NCBI GenBank assembly: GCA_011526375.1
Contig: WTIT01000087.1
Coordinates: 71,565-125,527 of the forward strand
Reading direction: 5' to 3'
Origin: Methanobacteriota archaeon
GTDB lineage: Archaea > Thermoplasmatota > Poseidoniia > Poseidoniales > Poseidoniaceae
Length of the DNA: 53,963 nucleotides
The notes beneath the pieces are model-generated. The model was not told where the DNA came from and ran no database searches. It was given only the letters and a program-made list of their open reading frames with translations. Positions 17,253-27,050 of this stretch are shown here, piece after piece. Within the stretch, counting starts at the first letter, position 1. The number at the start of each line of letters is the position of its first letter. The translations under genes were made by a program, and so were the position numbers.

Positions 17253-18224
17253 ATGCGAGGACGGGTTGCCATATTCCTCGTTGTAAATTTCATGTTGGTA
17301 CTTTTACCGACAAATGTTTCTGGTTTGGAGGACGGGCCATCTTGGCGTTCCAATGGCCTAGACCCAGCATTATGGACCGATGGTCCAGTAGAAGAGGCTT
17401 CTCCGATGAACCAATCATATCAAGGCAATGCTGTACTTGTGATAGATGTAAGTTACCACACTGGATTAACCTCTTCTGAAACAACAGGATCTATTATTAT
17501 CGAGTTATTTGAACAATGGGCGCCGATAACCACTTCAAACATAATCGATCACATTGAATCAGGTTTGTACGACGATGTTTTCTTCCATCGTGTCGTTGAT
17601 GATTTCGTCATACAATCCGGCGACCCAGAGTGTAAGGTCATCGGTACTTATCCAGTGACATCTCCTCAATGTAGTAGCGGCGGTACGGGGGAGACAATTC
17701 CTCTAGAACATAACGAAAATCTGTCACATGTTGATGGTGCAATGGGCATGGCAAGAGGGGCAGAGGAGGATTCAGCAGATTCACAATGGTACATCACCGA
17801 TACCGACCAACATGGGCTAGACCCAGAAAATAGAGATGATGGCGGCTATGCCGTTTTTGGCATAGTTAGAGATGGTATGAACTATGTTCGTGAGATTGCC
17901 AGTACTCCAACAGTAACTAATCCAGCCCCGGATAATTTTGCCAATCCCGGGCCAGATCTACTAGGTCGACCGATTAGAGAAGTGCATATTGACGATATGA
18001 GGATGCTCGGCGTGGCTGATCCTGATGGAACGATTAGATTCGGTGTTATGGCAGAAGCATCTAAGCCCCTAATTACGGGTAAAGTACTCGGTATAGGCGC
18101 ACTTATCACAATTGGAATAATTATGATGTTTGTTGCTCGGATTGATCCTCCAATTTCGTTAAATGAAGATACCATAGTCACTTATGATGCTGTTTTAATT
18201 AATGACGAGGCAGATTCGAACTGA
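17253..18224 (+). CDS. Secreted, C-terminally membrane-anchored cyclophilin-type peptidyl-prolyl cis-trans isomerase
   Basis: Signal-like N-terminus. Cyclophilin motifs FHRVVDDFVIQSGDP, GAMGMARG..EDSADSQWYIT and YAVFG.V..GM. A C-terminal hydrophobic helix is present (VLGIGALITIGIIMMFV). Confidence 0.85.
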   Translation: MRGRVAIFLVVNFMLVLLPTNVSGLEDGPSWRSNGLDPALWTDGPVEEASPMNQSYQGNAVLVIDVSYHTGLTSSETTGSIIIELFEQWAPITTSNIIDHIESGLYDDVFFHRVVDDFVIQSGDPECKVIGTYPVTSPQCSSGGTGETIPLEHNENLSHVDGAMGMARGAEEDSADSQWYITDTDQHGLDPENRDDGGYAVFGIVRDGMNYVREIASTPTVTNPAPDNFANPGPDLLGRPIREVHIDDMRMLGVADPDGTIRFGVMAEASKPLITGKVLGIGALITIGIIMMFVARIDPPISLNEDTIVTYDAVLINDEADSN

Positions 18225-18262
18225 GGAATATCTCTTTCAACTTCACCTCTAATGGTATTGAT

Positions 18263-20974
18263 ATGCGAATGGCATCAGCGCTGGTATTTTTGCTGGTCAT
18301 CGCTACACTACCGGTTGCGTCTCCGACAGTTGCACGCTCAATTGATGTCGAGATTTCCGTAATGAAATATGACTGGTTGTCAAACGAGACAGTTGAATTA
18401 AGTGTAGAAATTTCTAATGCCCCATTCAATCAACAGTTTGTCGCTCAATATACGATTCAGGATTTGTCCGGAAATGAGGTGTTAATTGGCGATCACGTGT
18501 TCCAATCTTCAGGCCCTGTAACACAATTTCCTTTGTTGGTAAAGCATTTTTTCGACACATCTAACTTTTACTTTTTACAAATTTCAATATTCGATTCAAG
18601 TAACACAGTCCTTTCTACAGGTGAAATTTCGTTTATGGTTTTTCAAAATAGCATGATGCCACAAATCTCCAACCTACTAGCATTCGGTGATTCATTATCT
18701 GATATGGGAAATGCCAAGGATAGCATATTGAATGTTCCAGATGTGCCCCCATACTGGCAAGGTAGATTTTCCAATGGACCAGTATGGATAGAGTATGTTT
18801 CACAAGCCTACGGAGTTACCACCACTGTAGGTTCACTAAGTGAACAAGGCGATAATCGTGCCTTTGGTGGTTCACAAACAGGTCAAGGATTTTCCTATGT
18901 ACTCCTGCCAAATGTTGGCACTCAAATTTCTAATTATTTGGCTAATGTTCAATCCTCAATTAGTGCTAATGAGGTAGTATCGCTTTGGGCAGGCGGTAAT
19001 GATTTCTTGTACGGTACGGCTAATTCAGATACCATTGTTGCTAATATGGAATCTCATATCAGGCAACTTGAGGCAGCTGGCGCTAGAGAATTCATCATTC
19101 CAAATCTTCCACCGTTAGAAAAAACGCCGGAAATACTTGGTAGAAGTCAAAATCAGCAGAATACTATCGCCGCAGAGGTGATATCATACAATAACAAATT
19201 GTCAAACTTAGTCAATAATCTAATTGCTGAGTTATCGATAACAGTGCATTACATTGACGCATGGTCGCTATTCAATGATATCGTGGATAACAGTTTGGCA
19301 TTAGGGATCACCAACACACAGGATTCGGCCTGTAGTGCATCATCGACATTATTGCCTCTGCCCATTTGCAACAGTGCATCAACAATTGCTCAAAATCCAG
19401 ATGAGTTCCTGTTTTTTGACAAGGCACATCCAACTAGAGTGATGCATGAATTCATCTCATTTTTTGCTATTCAATCAATCGGCTCTCCAGACACTGATGG
19501 AGATGGGATAATCGATGTCAATGATTTATGTGCATGGACAGAAAATAGTCATCAAGCAAACAGTGATGGTTGTTCTTGGGAACAATTAGATGACGATGGA
19601 GATGGAGTTGATAACGGTGCAGATAACTGTCCGAATACTCAACTTGGTGCTACCGTTGATGAGGATGGTTGTTCTGCTGAACAGCGAGACTCGGATGAAG
19701 ATGGCTTGAACGACGCAATCGATCCGTGTCCATTTAGTGAGCAGTTAAACGACCATGATTCAGATGGATGTACTGATAATATTGATTTGGATGATGACAA
19801 TGATTCGATACCGGATATTGAGGATAATTGCCCCAAAGGATTGCTCGGCGTCCATGCTAATGACCTAGACAATGATGGTTGTGCAGATTCAGAAGATGCA
19901 GACATCGATGGAGATTTACTTGACAATGTCGACGAGGAAAATCTCGGTACAGACACCTATGACGAAGATACCGATGGGGATGGGGTAATCGATGGAGTCG
20001 ACAAGTTTCCTCTCGATGCAAGCGAATGGCTTGATAGTGATCTAGATGGTTGTGGGGATAATTCAGACGAGTTTCCATATGATGAAACAGAATGTATTGA
20101 TTCCGATGGCGATGGCTTCGGTGATAATTTTGACAAATTCCCTAATGATGTAACAGAATGGGCAGATTATGATAATGATGGATTTGGTGATAATCGGGAC
20201 TCATGTCCAACGATTTTTGGCTTATCTATATCCCCTGAGGGCTGTCCTGATAGAGATGGTGATGGTTTCTCAGATGGTACAGATACATTTCCAGATAATT
20301 TCGATGAATGGAGTGACTCTGATGGAGATGGCTATGGCGATAATTCAGATATCTTCCCATTAGACCCAATGGAATGGAGTGATTTTGATAATGATACTTA
20401 CGGGGATAATTCGGATGTTTTCCCCAGTGATCCTTCTGAATGGAATGATAGTGACGGAGATACAGTAGGAGATAATTCCGATGCTTTCCCATTTGACGCT
20501 ACTGAATGGTTTGACAGTGACTTGGATGGTTGTGGCGATAATGAAGATGTGTGGCCGCTAGACCCTACAGAATGTTTCGACAGAGATGTCGATGGTGTTG
20601 GTGATAACGAGGATGCGTTTCCTGATGATAGGTCTGAGTGGAGTGATTTCGATGGCGATGGATTGGGCGACAACAGCGATCTTTTCCCACAGGACTCAAA
20701 GGCAAAATATGATTCAGACGGCGACGGGATAGCAAATTATTACGATGCCTTCCCAAACAATTCAAACATGGATTCATGGTTTGATTTAGTTATTCGGATT
20801 TTGCTGTTTTGTGGTATTGCTGGAATTGCTGCGTTAGTATTTCAGCAAGTAAAAGCTCGTTCAAACGAAGAAGAAAAGTGGGTTACAAAAAGTGATGAGA
20901 TGATGCTGAATCAGGTTGAACAAGGCGATACTCAACGACCAATTGGCCCACCACCGCCAGGCTCTTTTGAATAA
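18263..20974 (+). CDS. Secreted SGNH/GDSL esterase-lipase fused to TSP3-like Asp-rich Ca-binding repeats, C-terminal TM anchor
   Basis: Signal peptide. GDSL block I LAFGDSLSDMGN, block III WAGGNDF, block V FFDKAHPT. About a dozen D.DGxGDN.D.FP.D..EW.D units follow. Then come the TM helix ILLFCGIAGIAALVF and a short tail ending PIGPPPPGSFE. Confidence 0.85.
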   Translation: MRMASALVFLLVIATLPVASPTVARSIDVEISVMKYDWLSNETVELSVEISNAPFNQQFVAQYTIQDLSGNEVLIGDHVFQSSGPVTQFPLLVKHFFDTSNFYFLQISIFDSSNTVLSTGEISFMVFQNSMMPQISNLLAFGDSLSDMGNAKDSILNVPDVPPYWQGRFSNGPVWIEYVSQAYGVTTTVGSLSEQGDNRAFGGSQTGQGFSYVLLPNVGTQISNYLANVQSSISANEVVSLWAGGNDFLYGTANSDTIVANMESHIRQLEAAGAREFIIPNLPPLEKTPEILGRSQNQQNTIAAEVISYNNKLSNLVNNLIAELSITVHYIDAWSLFNDIVDNSLALGITNTQDSACSASSTLLPLPICNSASTIAQNPDEFLFFDKAHPTRVMHEFISFFAIQSIGSPDTDGDGIIDVNDLCAWTENSHQANSDGCSWEQLDDDGDGVDNGADNCPNTQLGATVDEDGCSAEQRDSDEDGLNDAIDPCPFSEQLNDHDSDGCTDNIDLDDDNDSIPDIEDNCPKGLLGVHANDLDNDGCADSEDADIDGDLLDNVDEENLGTDTYDEDTDGDGVIDGVDKFPLDASEWLDSDLDGCGDNSDEFPYDETECIDSDGDGFGDNFDKFPNDVTEWADYDNDGFGDNRDSCPTIFGLSISPEGCPDRDGDGFSDGTDTFPDNFDEWSDSDGDGYGDNSDIFPLDPMEWSDFDNDTYGDNSDVFPSDPSEWNDSDGDTVGDNSDAFPFDATEWFDSDLDGCGDNEDVWPLDPTECFDRDVDGVGDNEDAFPDDRSEWSDFDGDGLGDNSDLFPQDSKAKYDSDGDGIANYYDAFPNNSNMDSWFDLVIRILLFCGIAGIAALVFQQVKARSNEEEKWVTKSDEMMLNQVEQGDTQRPIGPPPPGSFE
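19490..20767 (+). repeat. Tandem TSP3-like (DxDxDGxGDNxD) repeat array, about 22-23 aa period in the distal part
   Basis: Example units: DSDGDGYGDNSDIFPLDPMEWSDF / DNDTYGDNSDVFPSDPSEWNDS / DGDTVGDNSDAFPFDATEWFDS / DLDGCGDNEDVWPLDPTECFDR ... Confidence 0.85.
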
Positions 20975-22120
20975 TCATTTGACACTTACGTCAATAACGA
21001 TATGTCTGATGTGTGGAGCGTACCATTTCACTTTCTCTAAGTGTATCAATTCAACTACATTGAATTCACGATGAACAGCATACTGTTTCAGTTGTTTCAA
21101 GCAATAATCAACAAACGATGATATTTCGTTTTCTCTTACATTCATATGGATATGGATTATGCCGCCACTTTGTTTCAGGCAATCTATTGCCAATTGCCAA
21201 GTATTCTCTGAAGATGGCAGAATTCCCAAATGAACTCTATCTGCCATTCTTGAAAGACTTTTCAGGGTAATTTGATTGTCTCCTTCAATAATAGTTAATC
21301 TGTCACTTACAGCATTTAGGTCAGCGCCTTTAGTCAGCGCATCAATTGAATTTGGATTTAATTCGCACGCGTAGACATGTTTGGCATTCGAGCGTACCAA
21401 CATTGGTAATGTGTAATATCCGATACCGGAAAATGCGTCGACGACGACTTCCCCAGTCATGTCAATACTGCCAATTCTGTGTCGTTCAGTCACATTTCCC
21501 GAAGAAAACATTACCTTTGTCACGTCAAGCCAAAATTTTACACCATAATCAACAAATTCTACTTCGCCAGAATCTCCAACAATCATTTTCACTTGTGAAG
21601 AACGCAGTTTATCGTTAGCAATTTCAGACTGACGGGCGATTCTTGAAACCTTTAGAGAATCAGCAATTATCTGCCAAATCTCTTCGCTCAAAGCCTCATT
21701 TTTCGAAAATAAATCCTGCCATTCCTTGGAATCCAAACTGTCGCTTGGCACGATTGCTAAATCACTGAATAGTTCCCACTTTTTTGGCAAGAAATTTACC
21801 ATTTCTTTGGTAAAGATTAGTGAATTAGCCACCAACAATTTTTCTATTTTTGAAACAATTTCTTGTGCAGGTGTGTTAGTTGATTTTTTTGGCTCAAGAA
21901 TTATTGTTTCAAATTGTAACTTTTCTTCATCAAACCAATCGAGTTTCCTAATCACGCCTGGATTTGTAATCGGTATTGCTATGTGCTGACCTAAATCTTT
22001 GATTACGTAGTCATTATTTATGTAACCTCCATCCACAAGATGTTGGTGAATAACCGATGCGATAGATTTGTCAACCACTATGGAGAAACCACCATTTTGA
22101 TGATTAATTCCTCCAGTCAT
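20975..22120 (-). CDS. taw2: tRNA wyosine-derivative biosynthesis protein Taw2/TYW2-like (Trm5/Met-10+ superfamily SAM-dependent transferase)
   Basis: SAM-binding VVDAFSGIGYYTLP, then VYACELNP. The segment RVHLGILPSSENTWQLAIDCLKQSGGIIHIHMNV closely resembles the TYW2 signature as I recall it (rV.LGLiPsSe.gW..A...L...GG.lHiH.NV). I cannot fully exclude a Trm5 assignment. Confidence 0.6.
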   Translation of the reverse strand: MTGGINHQNGGFSIVVDKSIASVIHQHLVDGGYINNDYVIKDLGQHIAIPITNPGVIRKLDWFDEEKLQFETIILEPKKSTNTPAQEIVSKIEKLLVANSLIFTKEMVNFLPKKWELFSDLAIVPSDSLDSKEWQDLFSKNEALSEEIWQIIADSLKVSRIARQSEIANDKLRSSQVKMIVGDSGEVEFVDYGVKFWLDVTKVMFSSGNVTERHRIGSIDMTGEVVVDAFSGIGYYTLPMLVRSNAKHVYACELNPNSIDALTKGADLNAVSDRLTIIEGDNQITLKSLSRMADRVHLGILPSSENTWQLAIDCLKQSGGIIHIHMNVRENEISSFVDYCLKQLKQYAVHREFNVVELIHLEKVKWYAPHIRHIVIDVSVK

Positions 22121-22138
22121 GATAAATCCACAGGGGGA

Positions 22139-25100
22139 ATGAATTTCAATGTCACTGTCATAGCCTCATCTATGTCGGAAGTGTACGCGACCGCCTCAAA
22201 AAAGACCAGTTTGCTTATTCCATTCATGGTGGCAATGCTAACCATGCATGTTTTTGCACCATTTGCAGCAGCAGATGGGATGTCAACTTGTGAGATTAAT
22301 GGCGGCGAATGTGATGACTATAATTCGGCTCATGACCTAACCCAAAGTCAAGAAGATTGGATTAACGGCACATATGATTTCAAATTAGTTGATGGTAATA
22401 CAATTGAATTGGATATTGCATGGGCAATTCACGAGTTTGACCGTGAAAAATTAGGTTTCAACAACGATCCCGCAATAAATGCAGCATTAGCTAACGATAA
22501 CTTGGATGCTGATGATGGCGCACCAGCAGATTTGCTCAGAAATTTCTTCGACGAGAGTCTTAATGGCCCGGGAACACCAACAGTTAGAGACCAACTAAAA
22601 GCAGAACTAAATGATGCATTGGAGACTGCTTTAGAGACGATTGGCACTGTAACACAACAAACCACAGACTACACAGACGAGTATATACAGCAAGGCGTTA
22701 CTACTGATTGTTCAACCGAGCCATTGACAGATTCAGTTTACGGTGGTGAAAATTCAGGATTGAACAATGCCTTTTATCCACCGGTATGTATTGCATCATC
22801 TCTTGTTCTTAACTTGATTAACACTAATTTTAGTCTTGACTCTTCAGGAGGTTTAGACATTGATAGAGCGCTTGAAGGTATGTTGGTTATGGGTGCAGAA
22901 GTTGAAGCGGACCTTACTTTACTGACACTACCGGGGACAGTTGGTTATTATTCGTTCACACCACCAGATTATGCAGATATTGTTGCAGTTAGTACCGATG
23001 GTAATGGGACCCTTGCTGCGAGAGCCGGAAATCCTCCATATTTTGCCGGTGAATGGAATGTGAGTCTATTAGATGCACCATCGGGCGCAGATGATGTAGA
23101 AACCCCAATTACCGTGAGGCTAGGACACAGAGATGGCTCATTTGGAACAAATACCGTTAGTATACCAGAGGGAGAAAAAGCGATTGATTTGAGTGTTAAA
23201 TTGGACTTGCGTGATGAATCTGCTGCTTCAATAGATTTTGTTGCGGGTATAAGTTATCTCAACAATAGCATAATGAGTGATTGGGGAATATCACTCTTGA
23301 ATATTTCAGAATCAGCAACTCTACCTTTGGTCACATCAGATGGAATTCGTTTGGCGTATCATAATGGCTTAGTTCCACTTGATTCATTCACCTCAGCGTT
23401 TCCAATCAATGATATTGCCAGTGGAATTTCAGATTCAGTTGGTACCGACGACACGATTACAATGAATCCGCTATACTGGGTTTCAGACAGCTTAGCAGAT
23501 GGCTTGGAGAATCCAGGTGGACTAAACTACACACACTCAACAGGCTGTACCGAAGTTGCTCCGCCAGGGCAAGATTTGCATTATTGTCTACGTGGAAGTT
23601 CTGCTATGACTAATGAGTATCCAGTGTATCTGCGCTCGACTAGTCAGCCGTTTTCGGCAAGTTTGCTAGATATTTTGAAGAATAACTTTGACGATGGAGA
23701 TTTGTTAGAATATGTAGAGGTAATTCAAGAAAGTGATTTGAGAAATTTATTCAACAGTGGAATCTCAATCGAGAGTGTTCTGCCAGGTGATTTTCTTGAT
23801 TCGGTAATACCTGAAGACTTACCGCCTGCCGAACTGACATTAGAGATTGTCCTGCCAAACTGGGTGAGAACCATTGACGGCGAGGACAGTATTATCCTGC
23901 AAAAGACACTCGGCGAAACTTCAGACATCGAAATCTCACTAGCCGGTACAGATCCTTATGATTGGCGTAATGAAATCAGAGATGAAGATATGAATGTTGT
24001 TTGTACCACCGTTCAGCGAACCTGTATTAGCAGTGCAATCGAATTGGATGTTTCAGCATTGAGAATTAATGAATGGTCTCAATCTGTATCGATGGATTTT
24101 GCTCTGGATGCTGAAGTTTCGATTTATCGGGTAATTGTTCCACTGGAAGAAATTAACCAATCAGGTTCAACCAAGGTAAATTTTGAAGCAGCACCTTCTG
24201 ATTTAGTTCGTGTTGGGCTTGATATCGCAGGAAGATTGGCGGAACCAAAAACGTTTGACAATGTTGGAAATATTTGCAGCGATGAACAAGACTACTCCGT
24301 ATGTGAGGAGAATCTATCACTAATTTTTACCCCACAGGGCCTAACTGATTTCTCTGTTGACGTTGGTGAAATGATTACCGATTTTATTCATCAAAGTGGT
24401 GCTGAGTTACCTAATGAGGAAGACTCTCCATTCGGCACAGTTGATTTGAGTGGCTTTGAAATAAAAACCAAAGTCGATGGATTAACGGGGCTTGATCAAG
24501 ACATTGGCGATGATGAACCAATAACTCTCAGCGTGAAAATTCCTAAAGTCGAGTTCAAATTAGAACTAGACGGGAATATTGGCGAATTGCTGGAGGGTAA
24601 TGCTAGTAGTTTGGAAATGAATTTCTTCGCTAATGCATTTAGAGGATTAGTTGTCAATCCAATGGTTAGCGCTGCAGAATTGGTTGGCTCATCACTAACC
24701 AATGGACTTGTTTCTGGTAGCGGTATCACTTATCCAAGTCCAGATGGTGATGCAACCTCAATCTCGTTCAACGGTAATACATCGATTGCAGAGGAATACG
24801 ATTTAACACTCAACGGACCTGTTTCGATTATTTTACCTCGAGGAATAACAATTGAGGATGTTGAAGATGAAGGTGGTTATCTAACAATAACCGAAGTGGA
24901 CGGTCGACAAAAAATAACCTACAACATACCAGATGGGGAATTTGAGGATACTATATCATTCAGAATTCAAGTCTCTTGGCTCTATCTCTTCATGCAGTTT
25001 TGGGTTTATCCAACATTTGTTGTATTGTTACTAGTGTTATTTATCCGTAGACGCCGAAGGAAGAAACGGCTGAAAAAGCAGCGTAAAGCCCAAGACTCTC

Positions 25101-25255
25101 AACAAGCAAGTAAAGTTGCTATTGGTGATAGTGAATTTGCTGATTTAAAGGGCTTCAAAAGCGAGGGTTTACATGGAGAATTGCAGCAGTTCGAGGATTT
25201 TTCGAATAATGCACCACCGCCGATGATTGATTTGGGCGATGAGCGGTTCGATTAA
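22139..25255 (+). CDS. Large orphan secreted protein with C-terminal TM anchor and polybasic stop-transfer (candidate cell-envelope/S-layer-type glycoprotein)
   Basis: The ORF is open from 22040, but that part overlaps taw2. I prefer the ATG at 22139, with 22172 as an alternative. The protein has a hydrophobic signal (LLIPFMVAMLTMHVFAPFAAADG) and many N-x-S/T sequons. Its C-terminus is WVYPTFVVLLLVLFIRRRRRKKRLKKQRK plus an acidic tail with APPP. No repeats or known domains recognised. Confidence 0.55.
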   Translation: MNFNVTVIASSMSEVYATASKKTSLLIPFMVAMLTMHVFAPFAAADGMSTCEINGGECDDYNSAHDLTQSQEDWINGTYDFKLVDGNTIELDIAWAIHEFDREKLGFNNDPAINAALANDNLDADDGAPADLLRNFFDESLNGPGTPTVRDQLKAELNDALETALETIGTVTQQTTDYTDEYIQQGVTTDCSTEPLTDSVYGGENSGLNNAFYPPVCIASSLVLNLINTNFSLDSSGGLDIDRALEGMLVMGAEVEADLTLLTLPGTVGYYSFTPPDYADIVAVSTDGNGTLAARAGNPPYFAGEWNVSLLDAPSGADDVETPITVRLGHRDGSFGTNTVSIPEGEKAIDLSVKLDLRDESAASIDFVAGISYLNNSIMSDWGISLLNISESATLPLVTSDGIRLAYHNGLVPLDSFTSAFPINDIASGISDSVGTDDTITMNPLYWVSDSLADGLENPGGLNYTHSTGCTEVAPPGQDLHYCLRGSSAMTNEYPVYLRSTSQPFSASLLDILKNNFDDGDLLEYVEVIQESDLRNLFNSGISIESVLPGDFLDSVIPEDLPPAELTLEIVLPNWVRTIDGEDSIILQKTLGETSDIEISLAGTDPYDWRNEIRDEDMNVVCTTVQRTCISSAIELDVSALRINEWSQSVSMDFALDAEVSIYRVIVPLEEINQSGSTKVNFEAAPSDLVRVGLDIAGRLAEPKTFDNVGNICSDEQDYSVCEENLSLIFTPQGLTDFSVDVGEMITDFIHQSGAELPNEEDSPFGTVDLSGFEIKTKVDGLTGLDQDIGDDEPITLSVKIPKVEFKLELDGNIGELLEGNASSLEMNFFANAFRGLVVNPMVSAAELVGSSLTNGLVSGSGITYPSPDGDATSISFNGNTSIAEEYDLTLNGPVSIILPRGITIEDVEDEGGYLTITEVDGRQKITYNIPDGEFEDTISFRIQVSWLYLFMQFWVYPTFVVLLLVLFIRRRRRKKRLKKQRKAQDSQQASKVAIGDSEFADLKGFKSEGLHGELQQFEDFSNNAPPPMIDLGDERFD

Positions 25256-26952
25256 TTATTGATCGCTTCAAAAATGCGTTTCGCTAATGCAGGCCCAATT
25301 CCGGGGACTGTTTTGATATCCTTTTCACTAGCGTGTAAGATTTCTTTTCTGCCACCAAAATGACGGATTAAGGTCTGGAATTTTTTTGCCCCTAAACCTG
25401 GTACATTTTCTAGCGGGTCGGAAAATTTGTTCTTACTTCGGCGTTGGCGGTGGAATGAGTTTACGAATCTATGTGCTTCATCTCTTGCGTGAATCAATAC
25501 TCTACCTCGTCGGTCAAGTATTAGTGGTTCTTTGTCAACTCGATAAATCGTTTCTTCTCGCTTTGCCAACGCCGCAACAGCAAACTTACCGGAGAATTGA
25601 GAGTTATCAATCATTTTAGTCATCATGTCTAAGTGAGTTTTACCGCCATCAAGCAGTAGTAAATCTGGCCATTCAGTCTGACGCTTCATCCATCTTTCTA
25701 CAACCTCTCGCATCATTCGTAAATCATCTAACTGTTCACCCTTTACTGTGTATTTTCGATATTCATCTTTGTAAGGTCTACCATCCTTGAAACACACGCT
25801 TGCACCGACTCTTTGGTCACCTTGTATTTGTGCCATGTCGAAGCAAACGATGTGGTTTAACTGGGCCATCCCCAGTAATTTTGCTCCATCATCCGCGGCC
25901 CGTTTTTCCAGAGAACCACTTGCTTTGTTGACAAACCTGATAAGTTGAATTTCAGCATTTTGAGCCGCTAATTGTTGTAAGGTTACGAAGTCCCCCCGTG
26001 ATGGATTCCTAACTTCGACAGCTGAATCACGACGGGTTTGTAGCCATTCTTCAACCCCCTCAAACAGCGGTGTTGGAGTTATCAATAATTTGGGCGGACA
26101 CCGATTTGCGTAATGATCTGCAACGAACATAGAAACGGTTTCACCGATATCTCCTCGATGAATCATTTGCCATGATTCCTGCCCTTTCACGACCCCATCA
26201 TCAGCATGTAAAACGACAATTGCCGCTAGGTCTCCTTCGCTAGCAAAACCGATTGTATCACAGTCTCTGTATACTTTACTCGACACAATATGTTGACTAG
26301 TTGTGGTCCTAATTGCTTTAATCAAATCCCTTTTTCTTGCAGCCTGTTCGTACTCTAATTTTTCTGAATGGACATCCATTTGTATGGTTAAATCTTCAAT
26401 TAATTTCGTAGCATTACCATTGAGAATCTGTCTAACTGCGCTAATTCTTTGCTTGTAATCTTCATCAGAACCGTGGTCAACATAACCAAATGGGATGTTA
26501 TTTTTGTCGTCACGTAAGCCAAATTCACGTCTAAGTAATTTCATGACTTGTTTAGCTGCCCCGGCATTCGGAAATGGACCCCAGATTTCTGCACTTTTAG
26601 GTGGCCTTCTAGTATACAGTATCCTAGGCAAATTATCAGAACTAATTGCCAGGTAAGGGAATGATTTGTCATCTTTTAGCATTGAATTATATCTCGGTTT
26701 ATGTTCTCTAATCAGTTGTCTTTCGAGTATCAACGCTTCATGTGGTGATGCGGTTACTATGCACTCGACATCATCAGAACGCTGGACTAACTCAGGAATC
26801 ATTGCACGGTCGGGGTTGTTAGAAAAATATGATCTGATTCGTTCATTTAATTTCGTCGCTTTACCAACATACAATACTCTACCTTGTTTAGTTTTGAATA
26901 GATAAACACCGGGTTTTTTCGGCAAATCTACCGATTCTAACCCGACTGGCAT
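25252..26952 (-). CDS. uvrC: Excinuclease ABC subunit C
   Basis: GIY-YIG N-terminus (PGVYLFK...GRVLYVGKATKL..R...Y), a central UvrBC/endonuclease region, and a C-terminal (HhH)2 segment (LENVPGLGAKKFQTLIRHFG...IKTVPGIGPALAKRI). Confidence 0.9.
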   Translation of the reverse strand: MPVGLESVDLPKKPGVYLFKTKQGRVLYVGKATKLNERIRSYFSNNPDRAMIPELVQRSDDVECIVTASPHEALILERQLIREHKPRYNSMLKDDKSFPYLAISSDNLPRILYTRRPPKSAEIWGPFPNAGAAKQVMKLLRREFGLRDDKNNIPFGYVDHGSDEDYKQRISAVRQILNGNATKLIEDLTIQMDVHSEKLEYEQAARKRDLIKAIRTTTSQHIVSSKVYRDCDTIGFASEGDLAAIVVLHADDGVVKGQESWQMIHRGDIGETVSMFVADHYANRCPPKLLITPTPLFEGVEEWLQTRRDSAVEVRNPSRGDFVTLQQLAAQNAEIQLIRFVNKASGSLEKRAADDGAKLLGMAQLNHIVCFDMAQIQGDQRVGASVCFKDGRPYKDEYRKYTVKGEQLDDLRMMREVVERWMKRQTEWPDLLLLDGGKTHLDMMTKMIDNSQFSGKFAVAALAKREETIYRVDKEPLILDRRGRVLIHARDEAHRFVNSFHRQRRSKNKFSDPLENVPGLGAKKFQTLIRHFGGRKEILHASEKDIKTVPGIGPALAKRIFEAINN

Positions 26953-26955
26953 GTC

Positions 26956-26986
26956 TTGCCCTTAAGGTCAGCACTCAAAAGGGCAA
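26956..26986. promoter_or_regulatory. Inverted repeat TTGCCCTT-N15-AAGGGCAA in the divergent uvrC / STAND-ATPase intergenic region
   Basis: Perfect 8-bp arms at 26956-26963 and 26979-26986. The repeat starts 4 nt upstream of the uvrC ATG. An AT-rich TATA-like stretch ttgataatacataat (27016-27030) lies about 25-35 nt upstream of the ATG at 27051. Confidence 0.3.
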
Positions 26987-27050
26987 CCATCTCGATTGAA
27001 CAAAAACCAATCTAATTGATAATACATAATGCCTCGGAAGACTGGGAAAG

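Noticed and set aside
19639-20777. Multiple 64-105-aa ORFs in alternative frames and on the opposite strand inside the TSP3 repeats (19639..19956-, 19857..20078-, 20169..20363+, 20226..20492-, 20398..20673-, 20565..20777-).
   Set aside because: GAT/GGT/GAC-rich repeat DNA lacks stop codons in several frames. The translations are low-complexity (S/P/H-rich) and lie entirely inside a well-supported CDS.
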